DNA of 64,000 bases from Pelagomonas calceolata (Eukaryota), in the NCBI GenBank assembly GCA_918797485.1, contig CAKKNE010000004.1, positions 2,790,001 to 2,854,000 of the forward strand, read 5' to 3'. A program made the position numbers and the translations under genes. Positions 1 to 10,883 of the stretch are shown piece after piece (within the stretch, counting starts at the first letter, position 1; every line of letters starts with the position of its first letter). The notes beneath the pieces were generated by a model. It was not told the origin of the DNA, did no database searches, and saw nothing but the letters and a program-made list of their open reading frames with translations.

Positions 1-1
1 C

Positions 2-1531
2 TGCGGCCATAACGAGGACGCCGGTGTCGTCTGCAGCACGTGCTTTCCGACGTGCTTTGGAGAAACCTGCGACCACTGGACCACGCATGGCGACAGCTGT
101 TCGACGCTGGAAGGTACTTATGACTGCGACTGCTCGGGTTGTGCATGTGCTGCTCCGCCGACGCCGACGCCGACGCCGAGGCCAACACCCTGCGCTGGGT
201 GCGACCAGACGCTTGTGCTGTTCCTGACGACGGACTATTACCCGGGCGAGATCAGCTGGACTGTGAGCACCCAGTCGTCTGCTTGTGCAAGCGTGACGGC
301 GTCAGGAGGGTCGTACAGTAGTCAACACACGCTGTACGAGATCGTGGTCGCCACGGACTTCTGTGCGAGCGAGAACTACATGTTCGAGATATTAGACTCG
401 TATGGCGACGGTCTCTGCTGTGGTGGTGGGTCCTGTTCTTGCACTGGTGGTGGGTCCTATTACCTAGAGCTGAACGGCGTCCAGATCTACAGTTCGAATG
501 GTGCCTATGGCTCTGGCGAGACCTTTTATTTCACCGCAAATATTTCTCCTGCGCCGACGCCGGAGCCCTCGCTGCGCCCAACGCCGAGGCCGACGCCGAC
601 CCCAACAACGCCGAGGCCGACGCCGACTCCGACACCGAAACCCACGCCGGTGCCGACAGAAGCTCCGGTCGTCGCCGGTTCCCTCACGCTGTCCGGCATC
701 TCGGTCGCCGAAGCCAGCGGAGAAGAATCCAAGGCCGTTCTCCAGGGCGCCATCGCCGACGTCGCGGGCGTGTCGAAGGGCGACGTAACGATCCTGGGCG
801 TGGCGGCGGCGCGCCGCCGCCGACTCCAGACCGGCGTCGTCGTCGACTACAAGATCCAGTTGACGGACCACGAGGCGTCGGAGGATGCCGCCGCCAACCT
901 CGCGAGCGCCAGTCCCGCGGATGTTGATGAGGCGATCGACGACGCCGCGAAGAAGGCGTCCACAAGGGCCGTGTTCGCGGGCGTCGCCACCACATCGCTG
1001 ACGTCCACCGTCGTCGCCGCGACCGACGCCCCGACCGCCGCGCCGACGACGTGGTGGGACAACAAGAAGAAGCGGAAGGATGCCATGCCGGTAATCATCG
1101 GCATCGTCGTGGGCTGTGTCGTCGGGTTTTGCTGCTGCATCGCGGGCTTGTGCCTCTGCGTCGCGAGGTGGCAGAAGAAGCAGAAGCAGAAGCCCCGCAA
1201 GCCTCCCACGCCGCCCCTGGTCGGCGACGCACAGCCACCGACGCCGCCGCCGCCGACGCCACCGCCGGCGCTGGCGGCGATCCCTCAGAAGCGAGGCTGG
1301 TACCCCTCGCCGTCGGCGCCGCCCCCGGCCCTGGCGCCCATCAAGGCCCAAGCCGCCGGGTGGTCGACCGAGGAGCCGCCGCCGCCGCCGCCAGCCGTCC
1401 CTGTCGCGGAGGCGGTGTCCGAGGGCTGGGGCGCGCGCGGGCTGCGGCGCCTCGCGTCCTGGCGGTCGTCGCCGAGGGAGGGCGCCGAGAGTGCACCGGA
1501 ACCGGAACCGGAACCAGAACCGGAAGCCTGA
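2..1531 (+). CDS. 5'-truncated type I membrane protein: end of SRCR domain, Cys-rich region, PT repeats, RRL juxtamembrane domain, TM, Pro-rich tail
   Basis: The frame is open from base 2 (CGHNEDAGVVC, a typical SRCR C-terminus) and continuous with ORF 215..1531. TM segment VIIGIVVGCVVGFCCCIAGLCLCV. Confidence 0.8.
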   Translation, partial: CGHNEDAGVVCSTCFPTCFGETCDHWTTHGDSCSTLEGTYDCDCSGCACAAPPTPTPTPRPTPCAGCDQTLVLFLTTDYYPGEISWTVSTQSSACASVTASGGSYSSQHTLYEIVVATDFCASENYMFEILDSYGDGLCCGGGSCSCTGGGSYYLELNGVQIYSSNGAYGSGETFYFTANISPAPTPEPSLRPTPRPTPTPTTPRPTPTPTPKPTPVPTEAPVVAGSLTLSGISVAEASGEESKAVLQGAIADVAGVSKGDVTILGVAAARRRRLQTGVVVDYKIQLTDHEASEDAAANLASASPADVDEAIDDAAKKASTRAVFAGVATTSLTSTVVAATDAPTAAPTTWWDNKKKRKDAMPVIIGIVVGCVVGFCCCIAGLCLCVARWQKKQKQKPRKPPTPPLVGDAQPPTPPPPTPPPALAAIPQKRGWYPSPSAPPPALAPIKAQAAGWSTEEPPPPPPAVPVAEAVSEGWGARGLRRLASWRSSPREGAESAPEPEPEPEPEA

Positions 1532-1745
1532 AGAAAATTCCCCCCCCCCAAATTCACGAAAAGAAAAACAAATTCGCGATCTCCTCACGACGGACGCCCG
1601 CGGCCTCAAGTTTCCCGCCTGGTGCAGTCCCTTCCCTCTCGCTCGTCCGGTGCTCCATGATGCGAGACCTCCCCTCCTCTACTGCCGTGTTCACAGACAC
1701 GAGCGCATTACTAAAAATCAAACTCTGACTCGGGGGCCCTTTAAC

Positions 1746-3728
1746 TTACTGCGCCGCGTCCTCGCCCGCGACGCCCCGACTCATGTCCACGGAGTAGATG
1801 CGCCTCTGATAAAGGTAGATGAGGAAGACGACGTCGTCGCGGAAGCAAGACACGCGGTGCATCACCGGCATCTTGATCACGAAGGCGAACAGGTCGTCAA
1901 TAAACGTGTTCACAAAGCGGAAGCAGAGGAGCCGCCACGGCAGGTGCGACACGCTCTTGAGGTGGTAGTTGAGCGCCAATTGCGGCGTCATGAGGATGAA
2001 GCCCCCCGTGTAGACGGCGTTCGTCATGGCGCCGAGGCCCCACGAGTACCAGCCCAGATGGGCGTCGTAGATGAGCGTCTTGACCGCGTAGCCGACGACG
2101 AGCGGCCCGAGCGATAGAGATAAGTACAGCGTCGCGAGGCGGTCCACGCGCAGCGTCGCCGCGTCGAGCTGCGCGCCCTTGTCGTCGGCCTTGGCGTTCT
2201 TCGCGGAGAGGGCCACGGCCTCGAGCCGCTCGCACCTTATCCACGGAAACGGCCGCGAGAAGTCCGGCCGCACGCCCGTCGCCTTCTCGACCTTCCAGCA
2301 TTGTATTAATATGGCCCCGGCCGCGGGAATCGATACGAGTAAACTCGACCCCTGGTCCACGAGGTAGGCCAATACAACAATCTGCGAAATGAGGTCGACG
2401 ACCACCGACCGCGCGGACAAGCCCCTGAGTGATTTGTTGTTCTTCCAGAAGTCCACGTCGCTCTTGAAGGCTAAGAATTCAAATAACAAGTGCAAGACGG
2501 ACGCGAGCATTGTGACCGCTAACAACCACGTCTTCGTGTCTGCTATCAATCGCCTGACTTCATCGATGTCGTTCTCGGAGAACCCAAAGTCCTCCTGCTG
2601 CGCTTTCAGACCCTCCTCCATGCGCGCGATGAGCTGCCACCGCGCGAACGATAAGGGCTGGAAGTTTAGCGAGAGCGGCAGCGCGTCCACCGTGCTGTTC
2701 ACCACGAGATATTTGTCGGACGTCAGGCCGATCTCGTCGGCGTACGTCGGCGGCGCGTACTTGTAGACCACGGAGCCGCCCGGCGCCCGATCTCGAAAGC
2801 GCTGCATGCCCGGCACACTCACGTCGGCCGGCCAGTCGCGAAATTCTGCGACGACGCGCACCGCCGCCTCGGGCTTCCACTTGGCGCACATCTCGCCGTC
2901 TTCTCCGGTGTAGGTCGGCGCCCAGGGCGCCGGCGGTCCTAGTGAACCGAGCGTCGGGTGGACGTCGTAGAGCAGCTTCCTCTTTGCCAGCGCCGCTCTT
3001 CCTTTGGGCGCCGCCTCGAATTTTACTAATGCAATAGACGGCACGCGCGCCGTGCGCCGGACATCGTTATCCGCGAGGCCGCGCCACCTGGCTTTTTCGG
3101 TGATACGCGTCACGGCCGAGTGCAAATATAATGTGCCGTTCGCCTGGAGCTGCGCCCAGGCCTTTGGTGGTAGTATAATACGTTGCCGCGGGCCACTGCT
3201 CTCCTCGCCCAAGATCAACCTTGACAAAACACCGGGCTGCGCCGCCCGCTCGGCGGCTGCTAATGCAGCGTCGGAGCACTGTAAAGCGCTTTCCGACGCA
3301 CACAACCTTAAATCAATCTTGCGGTCCTTGGTGTGCGTGTTGAGCTCTATGTTTTGTTCCCGCCAGATGATCACCGTCGAATCGTCGTACAAAGATGCAT
3401 TCCTCATAAAATCGTGCGGGAGCGACGCGTACGTCGACAGCGCGACCTCCACGTCCAGCGTCGAGTTCTCGGGCCACATAGGTGTGACTTGGACACCACC
3501 TCTGTAATCGTCCGGGAGGTTCGCGAGCGGATCGAGCACCCTCGAAAAATTGCGGTAGGCGAACGCGACGTAGGCCACGGCCGCGCACGTCGCGAGCGTG
3601 GACGAGTTGAGGTATGAGGTGAGGCCGCCTTTAGAAGACTTCTTCTTCTGCTTGGGCGCCTCCTCCGGTGCTTTGGTGGCTTTGTCGGGCGTCGGCGCAG
3701 CTTCTCTTTGCTTGCGCGTGCGCACCAT
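1746..3728 (-). CDS. CLPTM1: CLPTM1-family multi-pass membrane protein (lipid scramblase)
   Basis: Family motifs LHLLFEFLAFKSDVDFW, GFILMTPQLALNYHLKSVSHLPW and NTFIDDLFAFVIKMPVMHRVSCFRDDVVFLIYLYQRRIY. Confidence 0.93.
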   Translation of the reverse strand: MVRTRKQREAAPTPDKATKAPEEAPKQKKKSSKGGLTSYLNSSTLATCAAVAYVAFAYRNFSRVLDPLANLPDDYRGGVQVTPMWPENSTLDVEVALSTYASLPHDFMRNASLYDDSTVIIWREQNIELNTHTKDRKIDLRLCASESALQCSDAALAAAERAAQPGVLSRLILGEESSGPRQRIILPPKAWAQLQANGTLYLHSAVTRITEKARWRGLADNDVRRTARVPSIALVKFEAAPKGRAALAKRKLLYDVHPTLGSLGPPAPWAPTYTGEDGEMCAKWKPEAAVRVVAEFRDWPADVSVPGMQRFRDRAPGGSVVYKYAPPTYADEIGLTSDKYLVVNSTVDALPLSLNFQPLSFARWQLIARMEEGLKAQQEDFGFSENDIDEVRRLIADTKTWLLAVTMLASVLHLLFEFLAFKSDVDFWKNNKSLRGLSARSVVVDLISQIVVLAYLVDQGSSLLVSIPAAGAILIQCWKVEKATGVRPDFSRPFPWIRCERLEAVALSAKNAKADDKGAQLDAATLRVDRLATLYLSLSLGPLVVGYAVKTLIYDAHLGWYSWGLGAMTNAVYTGGFILMTPQLALNYHLKSVSHLPWRLLCFRFVNTFIDDLFAFVIKMPVMHRVSCFRDDVVFLIYLYQRRIYSVDMSRGVAGEDAAQ

Positions 3729-3891
3729 CGCTGCCTTGCGTTCGGCTGCAGCAGGGTCACGGGTGCTCGGTGTGGCGGCAGCTGTCGCTGGCTGTTGCTG
3801 CGGTGCTGTGCGTTGCTAACGATGCGCGTTTCAGCAGTCGTCAGTCACCCGCGGGCCACTTGGCAGTCGGGCTGCGCGGCTGCAAATCGGT

Positions 3892-3915
3892 GCTAGCGGC
3901 CTGTAAGACACTAGC
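3892..3915 (+). promoter_or_regulatory. GCTAG-box upstream element, copy 1
   Basis: GCTAGCGGCCTGTAAGACACTAGC, between divergent genes. Confidence 0.6.
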
Positions 3916-4322
3916 GGGGTACTATACCTATATACGTACAAAAATAAAATTTCCTATATACGAAATAAAATGAGGGAAAGACCCAATAAATAAAACACAT
4001 ACCCTGCGGCCTACTTTTAGAATATAGATGTAAGGTCCTCGGTACTTGCCTAGGTACTGTACGTATCGCGAGCGATAAAACGCAAAAAGAGAGGCCGTCC
4101 CGGGCGCCGACGAGCGGTCGTGGGACGCCGGAGGAGGCGTAGACGTGTGATCGGCCACGGACCGGCAAGCAGCCCCAACTTGGGCAAAGCAAGGCACACA
4201 GACGCACTGCCACTGCTCTCAGGAACCAGCATTTGGAGGGTTTGTGCCCAGCCAGCACATGCAATGCACTAAAATGAGGAGTGACGCGGGCCGAGCGGGC
4301 TGCCCTCAAGGCATGTAGCGCC

Positions 4323-5249
4323 ATGTGCCGCGGCCCGCCGAACCCGCTCACCGTGCCGTGCGCGTCGTGCGGCAAGCCCCTAGACGCGGGCGCCAACTTC
4401 TGCACGGCCTGCGGCGCCGCCGCCGGGCGCCCGCCCGCGCCCGTGGCCAGCGGCGCCACAGTACCGCGCCGTACGCCGCGCCCCGAGCCCGTAGCCGTCG
4501 CCGTGAAGGTCGACGACGATGCCAGCGTCGCAACGGCACCGCGCCGGACGCTGCGCGCGCGCGCGTGGCGCGCGCTGTGCTGCGCGCCGCCGGACTGTAG
4601 AGAAAGGACGCGATGGTGCTGCGCGAGGTGGTGCTGCCGCTTGTTCGTTTGGTTTATAGTATTGACAGCGGCCGCCGGCGGCTGCGCCGTACACATCTTA
4701 TCGCAGGAGGCCGCCGAGGAGGCGGCCTCGGCCACGGAGGCCGTCTCCACGGCCGCGCGGGCGCCCGGCGCATCGGCCGGCAACGTCACCTGCACGGCGG
4801 CCGCCGACGAAACGCCCTGCCCGACGCCCGCGCCGACGCCGTGCCGCGCGAGCCTCATCGTCGTCAAAGCCAGAAACTTCAAGAACGACGACGGCGTGGC
4901 GAAGCTCTGGGTCCACAACAACAAAGACGAGTGGAACGCCGACAAGGACGACTGGGACGAAGACGACGGCGCGTTTTTTGTGGGGGAGGCGCTCATCCAC
5001 AACAAAGAAAATACGAATTTTACGGTATACACGACCGTCGTGCCGGCGAACTACGGCGTGCTGGTACTCCACGACAAGGACGCGAACGGCAAGATGAAGA
5101 CCAACGGCGTGGGCAAGCCGCGCGAGGGCGTCGGCGCGTCGCGCGGCGCCGCCGGGTCCTGGACGGGCGGGCCGCGCTGGTCCAAGGCCAAGTTCTGGGT
5201 GCCCGAGTGCTCCGTCGTGACGAGCGAGGTCAAGCTGTGGTACGCGTAA
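4323..5249 (+). CDS. Zinc-ribbon + TM + DUF2141-like protein
   Basis: CASCG..NFCTACG zinc ribbon, one TM helix, C-terminal YGVLVLHDKDANGKM..PREGVGAS typical of DUF2141. ATG at 4323 chosen as start. Confidence 0.75.
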   Translation: MCRGPPNPLTVPCASCGKPLDAGANFCTACGAAAGRPPAPVASGATVPRRTPRPEPVAVAVKVDDDASVATAPRRTLRARAWRALCCAPPDCRERTRWCCARWCCRLFVWFIVLTAAAGGCAVHILSQEAAEEAASATEAVSTAARAPGASAGNVTCTAAADETPCPTPAPTPCRASLIVVKARNFKNDDGVAKLWVHNNKDEWNADKDDWDEDDGAFFVGEALIHNKENTNFTVYTTVVPANYGVLVLHDKDANGKMKTNGVGKPREGVGASRGAAGSWTGGPRWSKAKFWVPECSVVTSEVKLWYA

Positions 5250-5331
5250 CGAATGTGGATATATACGAGGGGAACCGGTGAAGCGCCGCGCGAGCGGGGG
5301 GGGGGGTAGAGGGGGAGGGGGGGCGTGGGCG

Positions 5332-8300
5332 TCACACCGTCGCTTCGGCCTTGACAGACTTGAGCTCCAGCGGGCCCTTGGCGGCGGCGCCGCACGCCGC
5401 GCAGAATTTCTCGCCCGCGGCGAGCGGCGCGCCGCACGACGCGCAGACCGCCGGCGGCGCCGCGGCGCCCCCGCGCCGCAGGTAGAGGACGGCCAGCGCC
5501 GTGAGGCCGCACGCGCAAAAGCAGAGGCACGCCGCGGCGATGAGCAGGATCGCGTAGAGCGCGAGGTCCTCGCCGCGCTTCTTCTTCTTCTTGGGCGCGG
5601 ACCGCTCGACGTCGGTGGTGAAGCTCTCCGTCTTGACGCCGGCGAAGAGGGCCACCATCGTCTCGTCGTCGCTGTCCGCGGCGGCCGCCTGGAGGGCCGC
5701 GTCCACGATCGTCGGGTCCGCCTCGGCGGCCAGGAGGTTGGCGCTCACGCTGGCGGCCTCGCGGCCGCGGGGACGGACCTCGAACTCGACGGTCACGGAT
5801 TCCGTCAGGCGCCGCCGCGCGGCCGCGGCGGCGGACACGCTCAGGATGCGCACCTGGTCCTTGTCGACGCCGGCGACGCGCGCGATGGCGTCCCGGAAGA
5901 CGGCGCGGGCCGCGGCCGTGTCCGCGTCGGCGGCCGTGATGCCCGAGAACGTCGCGGCGCCCGCGATCACGTTGTCTGCTTGCTTCTCGGGGCTCGCCAC
6001 GAACAGGCTCAGGTCGAGGTCGACGACGGCGTCGCAGTCGGCGCGGACCAGCGTGCCCTGCGCCGCGTCACCGTCCCAGGTGCTCACGGTGAAGCCCTCG
6101 CTGCCCGCGCCGGTCATCGCCATGGACGCCTCGCTCTCCGCGAGCGGGGCGCCGAACCAGGTGAAGTCGTCGAAGGCCAGGCCCATGCTCATGTCACCGT
6201 ACATGTCCTCGCTGCCGAAGCCGCGCATGTCCGCGTCGAAGGCCGTGTAGAAGCACGTGCGGCCGACGCCCGTGACGTCTTCCGGCGCGTCCGCGGCCCC
6301 CGCGATCGAGAAGACGTCGTCGCCGTCCGCCGCCACGCTCAGCGTCGCCTCCAGCATTCCGCCGCGCGCGGCGCGGCAGCCCCTGCTGTCGTCGAACTGC
6401 AGGCATGCGCCGAGGCCGGCCGCGACGCCAAAAACCTCCTCGAGCGGCTCGCCGGAGCTTTCCGGCGCGCTGAGCTTCATCGTCATCGAGGCCTCGACGG
6501 CGTCGACGCCCGGCTCGTCCTGGTCCTCGGTCCAGTCCCAGCACTTGCCGTCCGCGATCGTGCCGTCGCAGAAGCCGCACGACGACGAGTCCGTGGCGCA
6601 CCAGCGCGGGAAGTCGTAGCCGTACCAATAGTCCCAATTGAAATGGACTGGCGCAAGATCCATCTGGGCATCCGTCGTCACGCGAATGTCGTCCGTAGGG
6701 CCCTGGAAGTCGTTTTCCCAGTACAAGTTGGGCTCATAGGAATAATCGCAATCTCGCGAAAAAAATGACGCGTCGAAGTCCTTGGTGAAGCAGTAGTACT
6801 CCGCGTACTGGTTCTGACTGTTCATGTCTTCGATTGCCGTCGACTCACTGGTGGGTCGCTTACACGAATAATTCCACTGGTCGTAGCTGGTACTGTAGTC
6901 TTTCATGCAATAACATTCGTCGTAGTAGCTGGTGTAGACGGCCATCATCATCCCGGGCGCGTCCGCACACATATCGAGGCACCCTTGAGGGCCGAAGTTT
7001 GGGTCGAAGTAATCCATGTAATAACTCCAGTCTTCTTCGGCGTGAATTTCCGAGATGAACCCGAACCCTTTTGGGTAGCAGTGGTCCTCCCGCAACGTAT
7101 AGTCCTCGTCGTCCTCGGGCTCCTCCCCGGGCGAATAGACCCACTCCTCGTCCGTGCACGTGCAGCCCTGCACCGTAGACTCCTCGGGCGGCGTCCAGGC
7201 CGCGTCGCCCCCAAGTTCCGCCGCGAACGCGTCGTCGCCCTCAACCGCGATGTGGAGTTCCATGGCGCCGGTCAGCCTGCCCTCGTTTCCCTCGCTTAAA
7301 TCGGCCGAGCCTTCCATCGTCGTGGCGAGGGAGAACTCCTGGACGCCGTCGCTCGTGACGCGGACCTCGAGGGCCGCCGAGCCGCTGCCGACGCCGTCGT
7401 CGGCCTCGCCGTTGGCCGTCATGGCCGCGTAGAACGTCTCGGCGCCCGTGTCCTCGGTGACGACGACCTTGAGCTCCACGTCTTCCGCAACGCGCCATTC
7501 GTCGACCTCGGTCCAGCCGTACGACACGGTCCCGTCGAAGGCCTCCCCGCGGTCTCGGAGGTCGAGCGCCACCGATCCGGCGTCGGCGCCCTTGGCGTGA
7601 TCCCACGTGCCCGCGACGTAGAGCAGCTCCTCGGTGGCGCCGCCGAGGCGCTGCGCCGCGCGCGTGACCGTAGCGTCGCCCTCGAACCGGTGCGCCGAGG
7701 CGTCGCCCCACTTCGCGGCCGCGTCGAGCTCGCCGTCGACGCTGTTCTCGCCGTCGACGCGCGCCACGAGCTGCGCCCACAGGGTTTTGTCCTCGTCGCC
7801 GGGTTCGTCGTAGTCGAGCTTCCCGTCGACGAAGAACCGTTCGGCGGCGTCGTCCTCGACGCGCAGCTCCACGTAGAAGTCGTGGTCCGTCCGGATCGCA
7901 CTCGATAGCATGATTTCGAAGACCTGCTCGCCGTCGACGCGCATCGCCAGGGTCGCCGAGCCGCTGAGGCCGCCGCCGCCGCTCGCGGTGCGGGCCGAGG
8001 GCTCGTCCGTGGCGCCTGCCAGCGCCAGGGCGACGGCGAACCGCTCCGCCGCGCCGTCGGTGACCGTGAAGCTCATCTCGACGTCACCCTCGTTAGACTC
8101 CTCGCGCACGTCGAAGACCGTCGCCAGCGTGGCGTTGATCTCGTCGAAGCCGAAGGTCGCGCTCATCGCGAAGTCTTCGTCATGCTCCTTGCCCCACGTC
8201 GCCTCGGCGCCCAGCGTCATGTCGACGGCGTCCTCGTCGCCGACACGCAGCGACATGGTCGTCGCGGCGCTGAGCTCGTCGGTGTCCGGGTTTTCAACCC

Positions 8301-10625
8301 CCCGTTTCGCGGTCCAGTCCCAGCACTTGCCGTCCGCGATCGTGCCGTCGCAGAAGCCGCACGACGACGAGTCCGTGGCGCACCAGCCTGGGAAGCTGTG
8401 GTACAACCAATTAGGATAAGTATAGTCCCAGTCGTAATAGAATGGCGAAAGATCTTGCTGGGCATCCGTCGTCACGCGCCTGCTGTTCGTAGCCCGCTGG
8501 AACTTGCCTTCCAGGTACAAGCTCGACGCGTCGAAGGCCCCCCAGCAATTCTCATACCCCGAAGCGTCGAAGTCCTCGGTGAAGCATGTGTACGACTCGT
8601 AGTCGTCCATCGAAGAGTCCATGTCTTCGATCGCTATCGACGAGCCAGTGGGTCGCTTACACGACACCCACCAATCATATAGGTTGGAACTCTTGCCTGC
8701 GCGCGAATTCCGCTTTCGCCTCCCCCCGGAAACAAGGTTTTTCCACTCTGGTAACTGCAGCCACAGTAGCCTTCGCTGCCGTACCTATAGATGACGACCC
8801 CCATCGTCTCATCCGCACCCACACACGCGTCATAGCACGTTTGGGCCGAAAAGCTTGATACCCAAGACGAATACTCGTCGCTGCGGATTTGCGACATGTC
8901 GTCGTATTTGTAGCAGCGCCCCTCCCGCAACGTGTAGTCCTCCTCGTCCTCGTCCTCTGGCTCCCCGGGCGAATAGACCCACTCCTCGCCCTCGCACGTG
9001 CACCCCTGCACCGTAGACTCCTTGGGCTTCTTCCAGCCCCAGTCGCCTCCGATGTCCACCGCGAGCTCGTTTTTGCCGTCCGCAAGGATAGTGAGCTGCA
9101 CGGCGCCGTCCATGCCGCCCTCGTAGGCGTTGTCGTCGCTTGCCTCGCCGGTCGCCTCCACGACGGCGGAGAACTTCTCGACGCCCTGAAGGTCCGTGGC
9201 GGTGAGCCGCGCGACGGCCGTCGCCGTGTCGCCGGCGCAGCACTCGGCGTCCGCCGACGCGACGACGTCGTAGACGACGCTCGTCGACTTGCGCGTGCGC
9301 TCGAGCGAGGCGCAGAACTCGCCCTCGAAGCCCACGCAGCCGGTGAAGGTGTAGTCCGCGTCCCAGGTCAGCGTCATGCAGTGGTCCGGCACGCAGGACA
9401 CATGGGAGAGGCGCCGCGGCGGCGCCCCTTCCAAAGCGGCGGCGAGGCGCCGCGCCGGCGCGCGGCACCCCCAGAGCCGCTTCTCCGCCGCCCCGTAGTG
9501 CTTGTAGTGGCGGCGGAGCGCGCGCGTGTCGCAGCGGTCCTCCGTGCAGAAGGCGTCGCGGAGGTCCTCATATCTCGCCGCGTAGCAGGCGGCCGACTCG
9601 TCGCGCGTGAACAACTCGGGCGACCAGCGCAGCGCGACGGCGTGCTGCGGCCCGAGGAGCGCACCGAAGAACGCGTCGGCGTCGACCGCCGTCGCGTTCA
9701 GGGCCACGACGCGCGTCGACATGGCGTCGAGCGCCTCGCCGCCGACGACGGCGACGGCGCCGGTCGCGCGGAAGGGCAGGTCCAGGAGCGTCGGAACGTC
9801 GCTCGCGAAGCGGAGGTCCGCGCCCTCGAAGGCGAGGGTGCCCGCGCCGCCGGCGCGGCCCGTCAGGTCGTAGGCGACGCGCGGCAGGCGCAGGGTCACC
9901 GCCTCCACCCCCGCCGGGAGGCGCACCGCGGCCCGCGACTCGGTCCAGCGCGCCGCGAGCGCGCCGTCCGCGCCGACGCTGAGCTCGAGCGAGTCCTTGA
10001 CGAGCGCGGCGACGCCGGCGAGCGCCCGGAGGTCGTGCCACCCCTTCTTGAAGAGCGTTTGCTTCGACGCGAGGCGCGTCGGCTCCCAGGCGGTCCCGAC
10101 GTTGGACTGGGCGGTCGTGGGGAAGAGGCCGCCGTACAGCTGCGTCTCGGCGACGACGTCGCACTTTACGGAGCCGTAGAGCAGTTTCGACGACGCGAGG
10201 CGCCGCGCCACGTCGAAGTCGACGTCGCGGACGCGCGCGACGAGCCTCGCCCGCGCTTCCGTCCTGACGCGGACGGGCCAGCCCGCGCCCGCGGCCTCCG
10301 CGACGACGGTCGCGACGCGCTCCAGCGCCCTGCCCGCGGCCTGGGCCCGGACGTCGCATGTGGCGCGCGTGACGCGCACCTCGTGGAGCCACGCGCGCCC
10401 GGCGCGCGGGCGCGCGTCCACGTCTACGAGGACGTCCTTGCCGTCGAAGCCGATCTCGACGCGCGCGTCGGCCGCGCCGACGTCTGGGAGCGGCAGCAGC
10501 AGCTCGCCGAGCGACAGCAGGACGAGCGCGACGGCGGCCGCGCCGGCGAAGCGCCGGCGGCGGCTGCCCGGCGGCGGCGCCGCCTGGGCCTCGGGGTCGA
10601 GCTTGGTGGCGCTCGCCTTGGACAT
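5332..10625 (-). CDS. ~1750 aa membrane protein (2 exons; intron 8697-8746) with duplicated Cys/aromatic module, RRL domain, TM and C-terminal zinc ribbon
   Basis: ORFs 8634..10655 and 5332..8667 join in frame through a 50 nt GT-AG intron. The spliced YQSKSSNLYDWWVSCKRPT aligns with the second repeat YSTSYDQWNYSCKRPT. Confidence 0.75.
8697..8746 (-). other. 50 nt GT-AG spliceosomal intron
   Basis: A|GTGGAA...CGCGCAG|GC; restores the frame between two homologous-repeat ORFs. Confidence 0.7.
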
Positions 10626-10883
10626 GCTAACGCAGTGCCCTTCGGCAGCGCGCACGCCTCTCTACGCCCTCTCCGGCTGCCCCGACGAAGAGCTGATTCT
10701 AGATCTAGATCGATTTGAGAGCGCGCGGGTCATCCACCGCGCCCCGCCCCCGGTCCGGCAGGACGGGTCTGGCGGGGTTGATCCGTCCGAAGAATAGAGA
10801 GAGGCGCGTGTGTGTAAAAAAATAATGTACCGCGGCGGGTCGTGGCTAGTAATACCATATCTAATAAATTACGAGCGCAAATA

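Noticed and set aside
464..10718. Long Arg/Ala/Gly-rich antisense and shifted-frame ORFs (e.g. 464..1609, 5278..6768, 8889..10718)
   Set aside because: Shadow ORFs expected from high GC and codon bias opposite real genes; the same applies throughout the window.
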